A DNA stretch of 64,000 nt from Myxococcota bacterium (lineage in GTDB: Bacteria > Myxococcota_A > Polyangia > Nannocystales > Nannocystaceae), in the NCBI GenBank assembly GCA_039028615.1, contig JBCCHT010000016.1:1-64000 (forward strand). The letters are read 5' to 3'. The notes beneath the pieces are model-generated. The model saw only the letters and a program-made list of their open reading frames with translations, had not been told where the DNA came from and made no database searches. Of this stretch, positions 31,927 through 41,646 are shown in pieces. Made by a program: the position numbers and the translations under genes. The stretch's first letter is position 1, and each line of letters opens with the position of its first letter.

Positions 31927-33105
31927 ATGAGTAGCCATATGCGTTCGTCGTCATTGCTGTCGTTGCTCGGGCTGTGTGCCCTCGCCTGTGGTCCCGTGGT
32001 GAGCGGGGATACCGATGCCGCTTCGAGCAGCGGTGAGCCGTCGGAAGACTCCTCGGGTGCCGCCACGCCCGGCGCCACGACCAGCGTGACTCCGCCCGCT
32101 CCGGGGACGACCACCGGCCTCGATTCCGGCACCACCGCGGCGGCCGAAGAGACCTCCATGAGCGAGGTCGAGACCGGTGAGCCCCCGCTGTTCGACCTCG
32201 GCGTCATTCCCGACATGCCGGACGAGCCGCCGCCCGTGAAGCCCGAGTTCGACTGCTCGACGGTGCCGGACCAGTTCGTCTCGTTCCAGCACATCCCGGG
32301 CGCGCGCGGCTACCACGGCCTCGCCATCGACGAAAATGGCCTCGCCATCGGCAGTGACGGCAACTCGCTGATCCAGTCCACCTACGATGGCATGTGGAAC
32401 CTGTTCATCCCGGGCATCGGCGCGGGCCAGCAGATGGACTGGCTCGCCGATGGCGACCTGGCCTACGCCACCCAGGACGGCGCCATCACGCGGATTCGGT
32501 CCGACGCCACCACCGAGATCATCCAGCCGGGCATCAACGCCTACGGCGTCGTGCGGGGCCCCGACGACATGATCTACGTGACCGCCAACAACGGCAGCGG
32601 GATCTCGCGCATCGACCCCATGACGGGTGCCACCGAGCTCATCATGCCGGGCAACGGCATCAACATGCACTCGATGAACTTCAACGCCGAGGGCGACCGA
32701 ATCTACGTCGGCACCATCGGTGACGGCACCGCCTACTACATCGACCTCGATGCCTCCATGGACCCGGTGGGCGGCCCGCAGGTCTTGAGCGAGAACGTCG
32801 GCAACGGCAACTGCTGGCACGATGCCGTGGCCGTCGACCTGTGCGGCTACATCTACATCCCCGATTTCTGGAGCCGCAACCTGTATCGCATCGCTCCGAA
32901 CGGCGACACCGTCGTGTTCTGGGATCCCGCCGACAACGGCGACTACGCCCACGGCTTGGCCTGGGGTACGGGTGAATACGACTGGAACGAGGAAGCGCTG
33001 TACTTCCCGCAGCCGTACAACAACAACAATGTCGGCGAGGTCGTCGTCGGGGTACCGCCGCACTACTGGCCGGCCATTCCGATCAACCTGCCGCCGAGCA
33101 TGTGA
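31927..33105 (+). CDS. Lipoprotein with SMP-30/gluconolactonase-like beta-propeller
   Basis: Lipobox ALAC, S/T-rich linker, propeller blades (HGLAID, DAVAVDLCGYIYI, HGLAWG). Confidence 0.75.
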   Translation: MSSHMRSSSLLSLLGLCALACGPVVSGDTDAASSSGEPSEDSSGAATPGATTSVTPPAPGTTTGLDSGTTAAAEETSMSEVETGEPPLFDLGVIPDMPDEPPPVKPEFDCSTVPDQFVSFQHIPGARGYHGLAIDENGLAIGSDGNSLIQSTYDGMWNLFIPGIGAGQQMDWLADGDLAYATQDGAITRIRSDATTEIIQPGINAYGVVRGPDDMIYVTANNGSGISRIDPMTGATELIMPGNGINMHSMNFNAEGDRIYVGTIGDGTAYYIDLDASMDPVGGPQVLSENVGNGNCWHDAVAVDLCGYIYIPDFWSRNLYRIAPNGDTVVFWDPADNGDYAHGLAWGTGEYDWNEEALYFPQPYNNNNVGEVVVGVPPHYWPAIPINLPPSM

Positions 33106-33137
33106 GCGGCTCCGGCCCTCCTGACGAGAGCACCTTC

Positions 33138-34184
33138 ATGGATTTCGACTTCAAGCTCACCTGGGCCCTCGCGCTCAGCCTCCCCGTGCTCGCCTGTGGC
33201 ACCACGCCGGCCAGCGGCGACGACGAGTCGAGCTCGGCCGCCGACGCGACGGCGGGCACCCCCATGGCCGAGACCTCGACGCCAACATCGCCTCCGGGCA
33301 CCACGGGCAGCGCCACGCCGCCCGCCGACAGCGGTGGCACCACCAGCCTGCCCGGTGATTCGTCCGAGGGCGAAGAAGACGACCCCACCAACCCACCCGT
33401 GTTCGACCAGGGCGTCATTCCCGACGCCCCGCCCATCGACACCGAGTGCACCAAGGTCGACTTCCTGTTCATCATCGACAACAGCAGCAGCATGGCGACC
33501 TACCAGGCCAACCTGGTCGCCAACTTCCCCGCCTTCATCAATGGCATCCAGGGGTCGCTCGATACGGCCGACTCCTATCACGTCGGCGTCATCACGACCG
33601 ACGAGTACGGCTTCAACGTGGCCGGCTGCACGGATCTGTCGTCCCTCGTCGTCCAGACTGGCGGCTCGAACTCCAGCAGCAGCGTCTGCGGTCCGTTCAC
33701 CGACGGCGGCAACTTCATGACCCACAACGACGACCTCGAGGCGGCCTTCAGCTGTGCCGCCCAGGTCGGTACCTCCGGGGACGGCAACGAGCGCCCCATG
33801 CAGGCCTTGGTCGAGGCCGTCCAGGGTCTCGAGGCGGGGCCGGGCGGGTGCAACCAAGGGTTCCTGCGCGAGGATTCGTTGTTGGTCGTCGTGAACATCG
33901 GCGACGAGTCCGACAACTCGCCCGGGACGCCCATGGACTGGTACGACGCCGTCGTGGCGGCGCGCTCGGGGATTCCCGAGAACGTCGTCATACTGTCGAT
34001 CATCGATGGCCCGGGCAACCCGTGTGGGTTCGGTCAGTCCGCCGCGCGCCAGGCCTTCACCGCGCTGTGGGGCGACAACGGCTTCGAGGTGCCCATCTGC
34101 ATCGCGGACTACGAGCCCTACTTCCTCGATGCGATCGACGTCGTCGACGTCGCGTGCGAGAACTACATCCCGCCCGCGGGATGA
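33138..34184 (+). CDS. Lipoprotein with vWA-like domain
   Basis: Lipobox VLAC, KVDFLFIIDNSSSM (MIDAS DxSxS), VGVITTD, GFLREDSLLVVVNIGDE. Confidence 0.8.
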   Translation: MDFDFKLTWALALSLPVLACGTTPASGDDESSSAADATAGTPMAETSTPTSPPGTTGSATPPADSGGTTSLPGDSSEGEEDDPTNPPVFDQGVIPDAPPIDTECTKVDFLFIIDNSSSMATYQANLVANFPAFINGIQGSLDTADSYHVGVITTDEYGFNVAGCTDLSSLVVQTGGSNSSSSVCGPFTDGGNFMTHNDDLEAAFSCAAQVGTSGDGNERPMQALVEAVQGLEAGPGGCNQGFLREDSLLVVVNIGDESDNSPGTPMDWYDAVVAARSGIPENVVILSIIDGPGNPCGFGQSAARQAFTALWGDNGFEVPICIADYEPYFLDAIDVVDVACENYIPPAG

Positions 34185-34294
34185 TGGCTGGGCTCCAGGC
34201 GGAGCCCCCAGTGTTCGGCGTAGGTCGCCCCCGGTGGTTTCCCCGGGGGCGCTCTTGCGTCGGGTCGTCGCCGTTCCGCCCGCCGTGGCTCGGG

Positions 34295-35053
34295 CTAGCG
34301 CAGCGAGCTCGGGGGCATCCGGGTGCCTTCCCAGTCTTCGTACTCGGGCTGCCGCCATCCGTCGGCGTCGTCCCACTCGGCGCGCAGTCGGTCGACGGGG
34401 TAGTCCTTCTCGGCGCAGCGGTTCCAGTTCTGCTCGTAGAGTTCGAGTGCGTGGTCGGGGCCTTTCACGAGCACACGACGTCGACCGTAGGGGCAGTCAC
34501 CGTTTTCGAACTCCTCGTCGAACTCGATCGCGGCGAGCGAGCGCAGGGCCGGTCCCTCGGTGGTGTAGATGTGGAGATCGCTGCTCGTTTCGGTGATGCC
34601 CTGGCTGCCGTCACGTCGCGTGCCCGCAACCTCGAACGCGGCGATGAGCACGAGGTCCGCGCTGGCCCGCGGCGAGAGATCGTGGAGTCCAAAGTGTTCT
34701 ACGCTCGCGACGCAACGTTCATCGATGTCCTCGTGGCTGATCAGGGCGCCGTCGTCATCGAAGCGGGCGAGACCCAAGGTCGGGCACGGGGCGGTATGCG
34801 GGGTATCGTCGGACCGACCATAGCCGTAGGCGACGACGAATCCGCGGGGCAGCGTCAACGACTCGAGGACCCTCACCTCGGCCTGGTGCAGGGCGACGAG
34901 CTGCTCCGAGGGCGATCGCGAGCCGTCCGAGTTCGCCGCTTCGACCCCATTCGATACCGATGCGGGCACGGGTGGCTCCGGGCTCGACGTGGGGCGGCAG
35001 CCCGCCGCACCGCAGGCGATGCCCGCGACGAGCACCCGGGACACCGAGAACAT
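34295..35053 (-). CDS. Hypothetical lipoprotein
   Basis: Signal peptide ending AAGC. An extended -10 element lies 6 nt upstream of the ATG. Confidence 0.6.
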   Translation of the reverse strand: MFSVSRVLVAGIACGAAGCRPTSSPEPPVPASVSNGVEAANSDGSRSPSEQLVALHQAEVRVLESLTLPRGFVVAYGYGRSDDTPHTAPCPTLGLARFDDDGALISHEDIDERCVASVEHFGLHDLSPRASADLVLIAAFEVAGTRRDGSQGITETSSDLHIYTTEGPALRSLAAIEFDEEFENGDCPYGRRRVLVKGPDHALELYEQNWNRCAEKDYPVDRLRAEWDDADGWRQPEYEDWEGTRMPPSSLR

Positions 35054-35254
35054 GACCCGAGCGTATCACCCGGTGTCGATTGCTTGCCGGGGCCCGAGCC
35101 GTAGTGTCGCTCGCGGGCGAACCGGGCGCGCTCGTTGGGCGGCATCCAAGAACCGCGCCCAGTAGCTCCTGCTCGGTCATGATGGGGTCAGCCTCGCACC
35201 CGCGAGGGCCGGCTGCATGACGCGGAAACCTGCGGCGTATAGCGCCGCAGGAGC

Positions 35255-36205
35255 CTACTCGGTCTTCTTCGGGGCCCAGCACTTGTAGCCGAGCTTGGCG
35301 GTCTTCTTCGTCTTGACCTTCTTGCCGTCGGCGAAGTCGGTCTCGTTGAGCGTGATGCCCGTGACGTTGCCGACCTCGTCGTAGCGATAGTCGAAGCGGC
35401 GGTCGACCTTGCCGTCGGCGCCGTGGTCTTCGTCGATGCGGGTCACTCGACCCTCGTCGTCGTAGCGGAGCGAGACCTTCACGGCCGGACCCTCGATGGG
35501 CTCCTTGATTGTCGCCTTGCGAACGAGGCCGTCCTTGATGTCGAGCTTGATGTCGTCCTTGGCGGCGTAGAGCGGGTATCCGGGCGCGATGCCGGTGAAG
35601 GCGGGCAGGGTGATGAGCGTGATCTCCTGCTTCTTGCTCGGCTCGCTGCGCTGGTCGGTATAGGTCGCGGTGGCGAGGTTGGCCGACTCGTCGTACGTGG
35701 GCGAGATGATCGCGTCGGTGTCCTTGTCGCAGCCTTCGTCGACGCTGACCTTGTGGGTGCGCGAGTCCTTGGTCCAGAAGCGAGCGCAGACGTCGTTGCT
35801 GCCGTCGTTGTCGCCGTCGATGCGGAGCCAGCCGCTGTCGCCGTCTTTGGCGTAGCGGAAGCGCAGCACGGGACCCTTGCTCCACCGCACGTAGCAGGGG
35901 CCGTCGTAGACGGGCGTGGGCTCGGCCTCGCCACCCGTCTCGCCCCCGGTACCGCCGCTGTCGCCGACCTCGCCCACGGTGGCGACCTCGTCGGTGTCTT
36001 CGTCGGCCCAGCCCTCGGTGTCGAAGGGGTCGGCCATGGTCGTGCCCCCCGCGGCTGCGCCGGAGCTGCCCGAAGGCGCGGGCGCCTTGGTCTCGGTCTT
36101 GGTCTCCGCCTTGGGCGGCGGGGTCTTGGCGGGCGGAGGTTGTTCCGAGCCGCCGCACGCGACGGCGGCCAGGCCGAGGAGGAGGACGGGGCGGGAGATC
36201 GTCAT
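35255..36205 (-). CDS. Lipoprotein with YD-like / DxDxDG beta repeats
   Basis: Lipobox AVAC, motifs IDGDNDG, YDESAN, YDDEGRV, YRYDEVGN. Its ATG overlaps the radical SAM stop (ATGA). Confidence 0.75.
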   Translation of the reverse strand: MTISRPVLLLGLAAVACGGSEQPPPAKTPPPKAETKTETKAPAPSGSSGAAAGGTTMADPFDTEGWADEDTDEVATVGEVGDSGGTGGETGGEAEPTPVYDGPCYVRWSKGPVLRFRYAKDGDSGWLRIDGDNDGSNDVCARFWTKDSRTHKVSVDEGCDKDTDAIISPTYDESANLATATYTDQRSEPSKKQEITLITLPAFTGIAPGYPLYAAKDDIKLDIKDGLVRKATIKEPIEGPAVKVSLRYDDEGRVTRIDEDHGADGKVDRRFDYRYDEVGNVTGITLNETDFADGKKVKTKKTAKLGYKCWAPKKTE

Positions 36206-38004
36206 GGTTCGGGGGGCGCCTGGGTGACGGGCTGCAGTTCGTCCCAGCCGTACATCGTGGCGTACGCGCGGCGTAGGCCGAAGCAGCGGGGTTGTAGCAC
36301 ACATCGGGTGCAGGGGGCGGGTTTGACGAACTCGCCGCCGTCGTAGCCGGAGGGGAGCTGGGCCAACGAGAAGAACTCGCGGAGATCGCCGGGCACGAGG
36401 CACAGGGGCAGGCCGCACATGGAGTCGAACCCACCGACCGACAGGCCGTGGCGGCGCGCGAGCGCGAGGCCCCGTTGCAGAGCGGGGATGACGTCGCGGT
36501 AGCGGGGGACGAGCCAGGGCTGACGGGGCACGAGGTCGGTGGACATGCCAACGAACGAGACGGTGATCTCGACCTGGGGCCAGCGATCGGCGACGAGCTG
36601 CACGAAGTCGGGAAACTGCTCCCGGTTGAGCTCGCAGAACACGAAGTTGAGGTGGATCCGCACCGGGGTGGCGGCGAGGGCATCGATGCCGGCCACGCTG
36701 CGGTCGAAGGTTCCGGGCGCGTCGGTGACTCGATCGCTGACCTCGGCGGTGGCTCCGTGCAGCGAGATGAACGCGAAGTCGAGGCCGGCGTCGCACAAGG
36801 TCTGGCAATACCCGGGCGCGTCGAGGCGCGTGGCGTTGGTCTGCAGCTCCACCTCGCTGGCCCCGCGGTCCTTGCCGCGACGGATGTACTCGGGCAAGCG
36901 GGGATCGAGGGTGGGCTCGCCTCCGGAGAGCACGAGCACGCCGCCCTGGTCGGCGATCTCGTCGATGGCGGCCTCGACCTGCGCGACGGCGGGGGCCGGC
37001 AGGTGGGTCGAGACGAAGCAGAAGTGACAGGCCTGGTTGCAGCGAAAGCCGATGCGGACGACGTGGGAGGGGACGGTGCTGCCGTCGGGGCGGCGCAGGA
37101 TCTCGCGGGTGACCAGCTCGCGCTCGATCTGAGCGGTCGGCGATTCGATGACGGTCAGCCGACGGCGTAGTCGTTCATTGGTGATGGGGCGGGCGACGGT
37201 CTCGGGAAGATCCTCGGGCAGGCCGGGGCAGCGGTCGCGGACGGCACACTCGGCGCAGGCGTCCGGCCGACGGTAGCCGGAGCGCTCGGCCCCTCCGCTG
37301 GTGAGCGCGTAGATCGACGCGATGTGGCTCGGTCGCTCGAACAGGCAGGGCGGCAGGTACGTGCCCGCGTCGAGCGAGATCGGCAACGCGTGGGCCCGGG
37401 CTTGGTGAACCAGCGCTTGGGTGGTGGCCACCATCGCGTCGAGCGGGGCGAGAGCGGAGGGGTCGGGGGCGCTCCGCGGCAGGCGGATCCACAAGCGCTG
37501 CAGCTCGATGCCCGCGTCGCTGAGCTGGGCGGGGAGCAGGGGCAAGCTCTCGAGGTTGTCGCGCACGACCGGGCTGCAGCCCTCGATGTCGATGCCGGCT
37601 TCTTGCAAGGCGAGCAGACCGCGCTGGGTCGCCGCGGCGCCGCCGGGGTCACGGGTGATCGCGTCGAGTCGTGGGCCCCACGCGGGCAAGTGGACGCGTG
37701 CGGCATCGAGACCGGCATCCGCGAGCGCTCGGGCCAGGCGCGAGTCGATCAGGGCGGCGTTCGTCTCGAGCACGACGCGTGAGCCCTGGGCCGTCGCTCC
37801 GCGCACGATGTTGGGAAGATCGGGGCGCCGCGTCGGCTCGCCTCCGGTCAGCAGGACCTCGGTCCCTTGCTCTCGAGCTTCGGCGAGGCGCGCCCGAATG
37901 GCACTGGAACTCGCGATCGACACGCGCTCGTGAGGGCGCCGTGCATTGCAGAACCGACACGCCTGGTTGCAGGTCTCGTTGGTGACGACCCGGGCGACCC
38001 GCAC
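36202..38004 (-). CDS. Tandem two-domain radical SAM protein
   Basis: CNQACRFC and CNQACHFC, two GGEPT motifs, each half ending in CxxCx5CxG. GTG 38004 is preceded by TATCCT. Confidence 0.9.
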   Translation of the reverse strand: MRVARVVTNETCNQACRFCNARRPHERVSIASSSAIRARLAEAREQGTEVLLTGGEPTRRPDLPNIVRGATAQGSRVVLETNAALIDSRLARALADAGLDAARVHLPAWGPRLDAITRDPGGAAATQRGLLALQEAGIDIEGCSPVVRDNLESLPLLPAQLSDAGIELQRLWIRLPRSAPDPSALAPLDAMVATTQALVHQARAHALPISLDAGTYLPPCLFERPSHIASIYALTSGGAERSGYRRPDACAECAVRDRCPGLPEDLPETVARPITNERLRRRLTVIESPTAQIERELVTREILRRPDGSTVPSHVVRIGFRCNQACHFCFVSTHLPAPAVAQVEAAIDEIADQGGVLVLSGGEPTLDPRLPEYIRRGKDRGASEVELQTNATRLDAPGYCQTLCDAGLDFAFISLHGATAEVSDRVTDAPGTFDRSVAGIDALAATPVRIHLNFVFCELNREQFPDFVQLVADRWPQVEITVSFVGMSTDLVPRQPWLVPRYRDVIPALQRGLALARRHGLSVGGFDSMCGLPLCLVPGDLREFFSLAQLPSGYDGGEFVKPAPCTRCVLQPRCFGLRRAYATMYGWDELQPVTQAPPEP

Positions 38005-38111
38005 CCGGTCAGGATACACGGTGGGACTCGGCACGGGAAAATCTCGCGACGCCGTTTGCAGGCCGTCGCACATTGCGGTTTGGGCCTCGAGCGCCGTGCT
38101 ACGGTCGATTC

Positions 38112-39086
38112 ATGCCGCGTCGATGGTGGGGTCTCGTGGGCGTGGTGGCGCTGGCCATCGGTGGCTGCGGTGATGACTCCAACGCCACGCCCGGCACGGG
38201 GGCGACGGGCACCGTGTCGACGGGCGGGTCCGTCGAAGTGACCACCACGGGGGCGCCGTCGGGGTCCAGCGGCCAGGTGGAGGGGTCGAGCACGACGAGC
38301 GGTTCGTCGTCGCGGGCCGATCCCGACGGCACGAGCAGCAGCAGCAGCAGCGGCGGCGACCCGGAGTTCTGGCAGCCGGAGCCCGGCATCTCCTGGCAGT
38401 GGCAGCTCGTCGGGACCGTCGACACCTCCATCGACGTCGCCGTGTACGACATCGACCTGTTCGACGTTCCTCAGGAAACCATCGACGCGCTGCACGCCGA
38501 TGGTCGGGTCGTCATCTGCTACTTCAGCGCGGGGAGCTACGAGCAGTGGCGCGAGGATGCCGACCAGTTCCCTGCGGCGGCCATCGGTGACCCCCTCGAC
38601 GGGTGGCCCGGTGAGGCGTGGCTCGACCACCGCGATCCGACCATTCGCACGATCATGCAGGCGCGCCTCGACCTCGCGGTGACGAAGGACTGTGATGCGG
38701 TGGAGCCGGACAACGTCGATGGGTACACGAACCCGACCGGCTTCGACCTCGGCGCGGCAGACCAGCTCGACTACAACCGCTTCCTCGCCGCCGAGGCGCA
38801 TGCGCGGGGCCTGTCGATCGGCCTGAAGAACGACGTGGACCAGGTCGCGGAGCTCGTCGACGACTTCGACTGGGCGCTCAACGAAGAGTGCGTGAGCTAC
38901 CGCGAGTGCGGGACGAAGTCTCCGTTCATCCAGCAGGGCAAGGCGGTGTTTCACGTCGAGTATGTCGACGACCCCGCCGAGGGCCCGGGGCTCGCCGAGC
39001 AGGTCTGCCCGCAGACGACGGGCCTCGGCTTTTCCACCCTGATCAAGGAGTGGGACCTGACGCCGTGGCGCCTCGCGTGCGATTGA
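38112..39086 (+). CDS. Endo-alpha-1,4-polygalactosaminidase (GH114) lipoprotein
   Basis: Lipobox IGGC, WQWQL, YDIDLFD, VICYFSAGSYEQWR, DAVEPDNVDGY, GLKND, NEEC. Confidence 0.9.
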   Translation: MPRRWWGLVGVVALAIGGCGDDSNATPGTGATGTVSTGGSVEVTTTGAPSGSSGQVEGSSTTSGSSSRADPDGTSSSSSSGGDPEFWQPEPGISWQWQLVGTVDTSIDVAVYDIDLFDVPQETIDALHADGRVVICYFSAGSYEQWREDADQFPAAAIGDPLDGWPGEAWLDHRDPTIRTIMQARLDLAVTKDCDAVEPDNVDGYTNPTGFDLGAADQLDYNRFLAAEAHARGLSIGLKNDVDQVAELVDDFDWALNEECVSYRECGTKSPFIQQGKAVFHVEYVDDPAEGPGLAEQVCPQTTGLGFSTLIKEWDLTPWRLACD

Positions 39087-39189
39087 GGCTCACGAGCGCT
39101 GTTCTCGGTCGTTCCCGAGCTTCTTGCGCCTGAATTCGCCCTCGCCACGGCCCACGGCCGAGCCGCGCAGGAAAAAAATGCGAGGGTCG

Positions 39190-39219
39190 ATGACGGGAAT
39201 GCGCGGGGCCGGAGAAGAG
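39190..39219 (+). promoter_or_regulatory. Putative ECF promoter type A, upstream of lipoprotein 39237
   Basis: ATGACGGG-N12-CGGAGAAGAG, matching the motif upstream of the ECF gene 40357..41646. Confidence 0.7.
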
Positions 39220-39236
39220 GGCGTAGGAGACCATCA

Positions 39237-40328
39237 ATGGCTTATTTTGCTCGACACTCTCTACTCTTGCTTTCCATGGGGGCGGCGGCATGCATCGCCC
39301 CGGTGACGATTGGCGGCAATCCCGTCGACTCGGACTCGGACTCCGACTCGGGCGTGGACACGGACGACCCCGTGCTCACCACCGGAGAGCCGCCCGCCGA
39401 GACGGAAGACGTTCCCGCCAACGCGTGCCCCGACAGCCCGGAAGACTACGCCTGCACCGTGCCTACGACCTGCAACGGCTTTTGCGGGGGCATGGGGTCG
39501 GAATACGACGCCGACGGCTGCCTGCGCTCGCGATGCAGCATCGATGACGACTGCGCCGACGGCCGTACCTGCGTCCGCTTGGGCGACTGGGGCGGTGGTG
39601 CGCCGAGCTCGACCTTCTGCGAGATGTCCGAAGGTGAGTGCGTCTGCGGCGGGACGGCCGACGGCAACGTCGACATCCGGGTCTGCATCCCGGACGAGGA
39701 GATCCCCGAGTTCGACCCCGCCGTGTGCTCGGAGCTCGGCTCGGGCGCGTCGTTTTCGTGGGTCGTGGGCGAAGTGACGGCCGGGGAATCGACGTGCACC
39801 GTGCTCGCGGTCGGCGACATGCTCGACATGGCGTGCACGGGCGCCATCGAAGGCGACGTGACCTTGGCGCTCGCGGCCGGCATCGATCTGTTCGCAGTTG
39901 ATGACGTGATCGCGCTGGACTACCGCGTGGACACCCCGGGCAAGTGGACCGACCAATGGGTCAAGCTCCAGGTCGACGGGAAGATCGGAGCGCAGGTCGT
40001 GGCCGCGCAGACCTCGAACCTCGCGCCCTCGGGCGAAAGCGCGGGCTGGCTCACCGACGGGTCCTACGAGCTGAGCCTCGCGGAGGCCACCTGCCCCTAT
40101 ACGGCTTGCGACGGCGTGATCTCGGACTTCGGGCTGCGACCCATCGCGCTGCGAGCGGGTCAGGGCGAGAACTTCGAGGACTTCTGGCCCGGAGAGGCGG
40201 GGCCGGTGCCGGGCAAGTTCGGCGGTGTGTCCCCCGACATTTCCGTGCTGGAGATGCGCGAGGGGAGCTGCTTTCTCGATCAGCCCCCGCAGTGGTTGTC
40301 CTTCGTGATCGTTCGCGAGGGCTTCTAG
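39237..40328 (+). CDS. Cys-rich lipoprotein, putative target of the adjacent fused ECF
   Basis: AGGAG RBS, lipobox AAAC, (DS)n linker, Cys-rich region. Confidence 0.75.
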   Translation: MAYFARHSLLLLSMGAAACIAPVTIGGNPVDSDSDSDSGVDTDDPVLTTGEPPAETEDVPANACPDSPEDYACTVPTTCNGFCGGMGSEYDADGCLRSRCSIDDDCADGRTCVRLGDWGGGAPSSTFCEMSEGECVCGGTADGNVDIRVCIPDEEIPEFDPAVCSELGSGASFSWVVGEVTAGESTCTVLAVGDMLDMACTGAIEGDVTLALAAGIDLFAVDDVIALDYRVDTPGKWTDQWVKLQVDGKIGAQVVAAQTSNLAPSGESAGWLTDGSYELSLAEATCPYTACDGVISDFGLRPIALRAGQGENFEDFWPGEAGPVPGKFGGVSPDISVLEMREGSCFLDQPPQWLSFVIVREGF

Positions 40329-40356
40329 CTCCTCGTGCGCGGGGTGGTCCCGGGCC

Positions 40357-41646
40357 TCACGGTGGAGGCTCGGGACAGCCGTGCGCCAAACTGGTGGCGA
40401 TCGCCGAGCGGGGAAAGGCCCGGCGGAGCGCATCGGCTTGCTCGCGCGCGGAGGCTCGGTCGCCCGATTCACACAGTGCTTTGACGGCCGTGGCCTGACC
40501 GGCGTCGGCCAGCGTGCCATGGGGGAAGCGGCGCGCGTACTCGGTGAGGATCGACAGCGCTTCCCGGGGGCGGTCGGCGGCGAGCGAGGTCCGAGCGCGT
40601 TCGATGAGCTGCAGTTCTTCCTCGACGCTCGATGGGGTCGACGCTCCGGCGAGTGTTTGCACGGGTACGGGATCCGGCAGCTCGCCCGTGTTCGGTGGTG
40701 TGGAAGGGGAGGGACGCACCGTGGGAGAAGGCCGAGCAGACGCCGTCTTGCGCACGGGCGGTCGCGGGACGGCGGTCGGTTCGACGACGGTCGGCATTGC
40801 GCTGGGCTCGGGGGCGACGACGGCCGATGGCGCGGTCGGGGCCGATGGGGCGCGGGGCTCGTCAGCGTCGGCCACATTGGCCGGAGGTGACGCAGCGCGG
40901 TCCGAGTCTCGGGACCCCGGGGCCGCGATCAACACGCCCACCAACGCGACGCTGACGGTCGCGGCGACGCCGATCGCTTGGGCCACGCTCGCACTCGGAC
41001 GCGCGGAGGCGGCGACCGGGGTCCACGGGGCTCGAAGCAGCGGCACGAGGGCCACCCAACCTCGCTGCACGCGGGTTTCCGAGGGTCGACTGGCGGCGCG
41101 TTGCTGCGCCAGCGCATGGTCGACCGCCGTCGCCGACTCGGCCAACGCCTCGAGCCGACCTCGCACCGTGCGGATGCGGGAGTACGCCGTGTTGACCGGG
41201 ATCCCGAGCTCGGCCGCGATCTCGGGCCCGCTCATGCCCAGCACCTCCGCCATCACGATCAATCGCCGCTGTGCGGGGCTCAGCTGCTCGAGCAGCTCGC
41301 GCGCCTGTCGGGCGGCATCGTGGCCGGGGTACGGATCGTCGGGCGCCGGGGCATGGTCGGCGAGGGCCGCCGCTCGCCGGGCGGTTCGGGCCGCGCTGCG
41401 TCGGTAGCGAAAGGCCACCCGCCGCGTCACCCCGTAGAGCCAACCCCGCGGCGAGACCTCCCACCGCAGCTCGTCGAGGCGCCGATGGGCGGTGATGAAC
41501 ACGTCTTGCACCACATCGTCGACGGCCGCGGGCGGAGAGCACTGCCGCGCCACGGCCCACACGAAGGGCGCATGGGTCCGGTACAGCCGCTCGAAGCGCT
41601 CGAGCGGGGGTCCAGGCGGGGGTGAAGACGTGGAGGAGCGCGACAC
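40357..41646 (-). CDS. ECF sigma factor fused in frame to a TM / Pro-rich / TPR-like anti-sigma module
   Basis: Sigma2 (DDVVQDVF, GWLYGV), sigma4 (EIAAELGIPVNTAYSRI), one TM helix, C-terminal EEELQLIERAR...RRFPHG...ALC. Confidence 0.88.
   Translation of the reverse strand: MSRSSTSSPPPGPPLERFERLYRTHAPFVWAVARQCSPPAAVDDVVQDVFITAHRRLDELRWEVSPRGWLYGVTRRVAFRYRRSAARTARRAAALADHAPAPDDPYPGHDAARQARELLEQLSPAQRRLIVMAEVLGMSGPEIAAELGIPVNTAYSRIRTVRGRLEALAESATAVDHALAQQRAASRPSETRVQRGWVALVPLLRAPWTPVAASARPSASVAQAIGVAATVSVALVGVLIAAPGSRDSDRAASPPANVADADEPRAPSAPTAPSAVVAPEPSAMPTVVEPTAVPRPPVRKTASARPSPTVRPSPSTPPNTGELPDPVPVQTLAGASTPSSVEEELQLIERARTSLAADRPREALSILTEYARRFPHGTLADAGQATAVKALCESGDRASAREQADALRRAFPRSAIATSLAHGCPEPPP

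Noticed and set aside
35054..35254. RiPP precursor peptide for the double radical SAM enzyme
   Set aside because: There is no short ORF with a credible start and precursor-like composition here or in the 38005-38111 gap.
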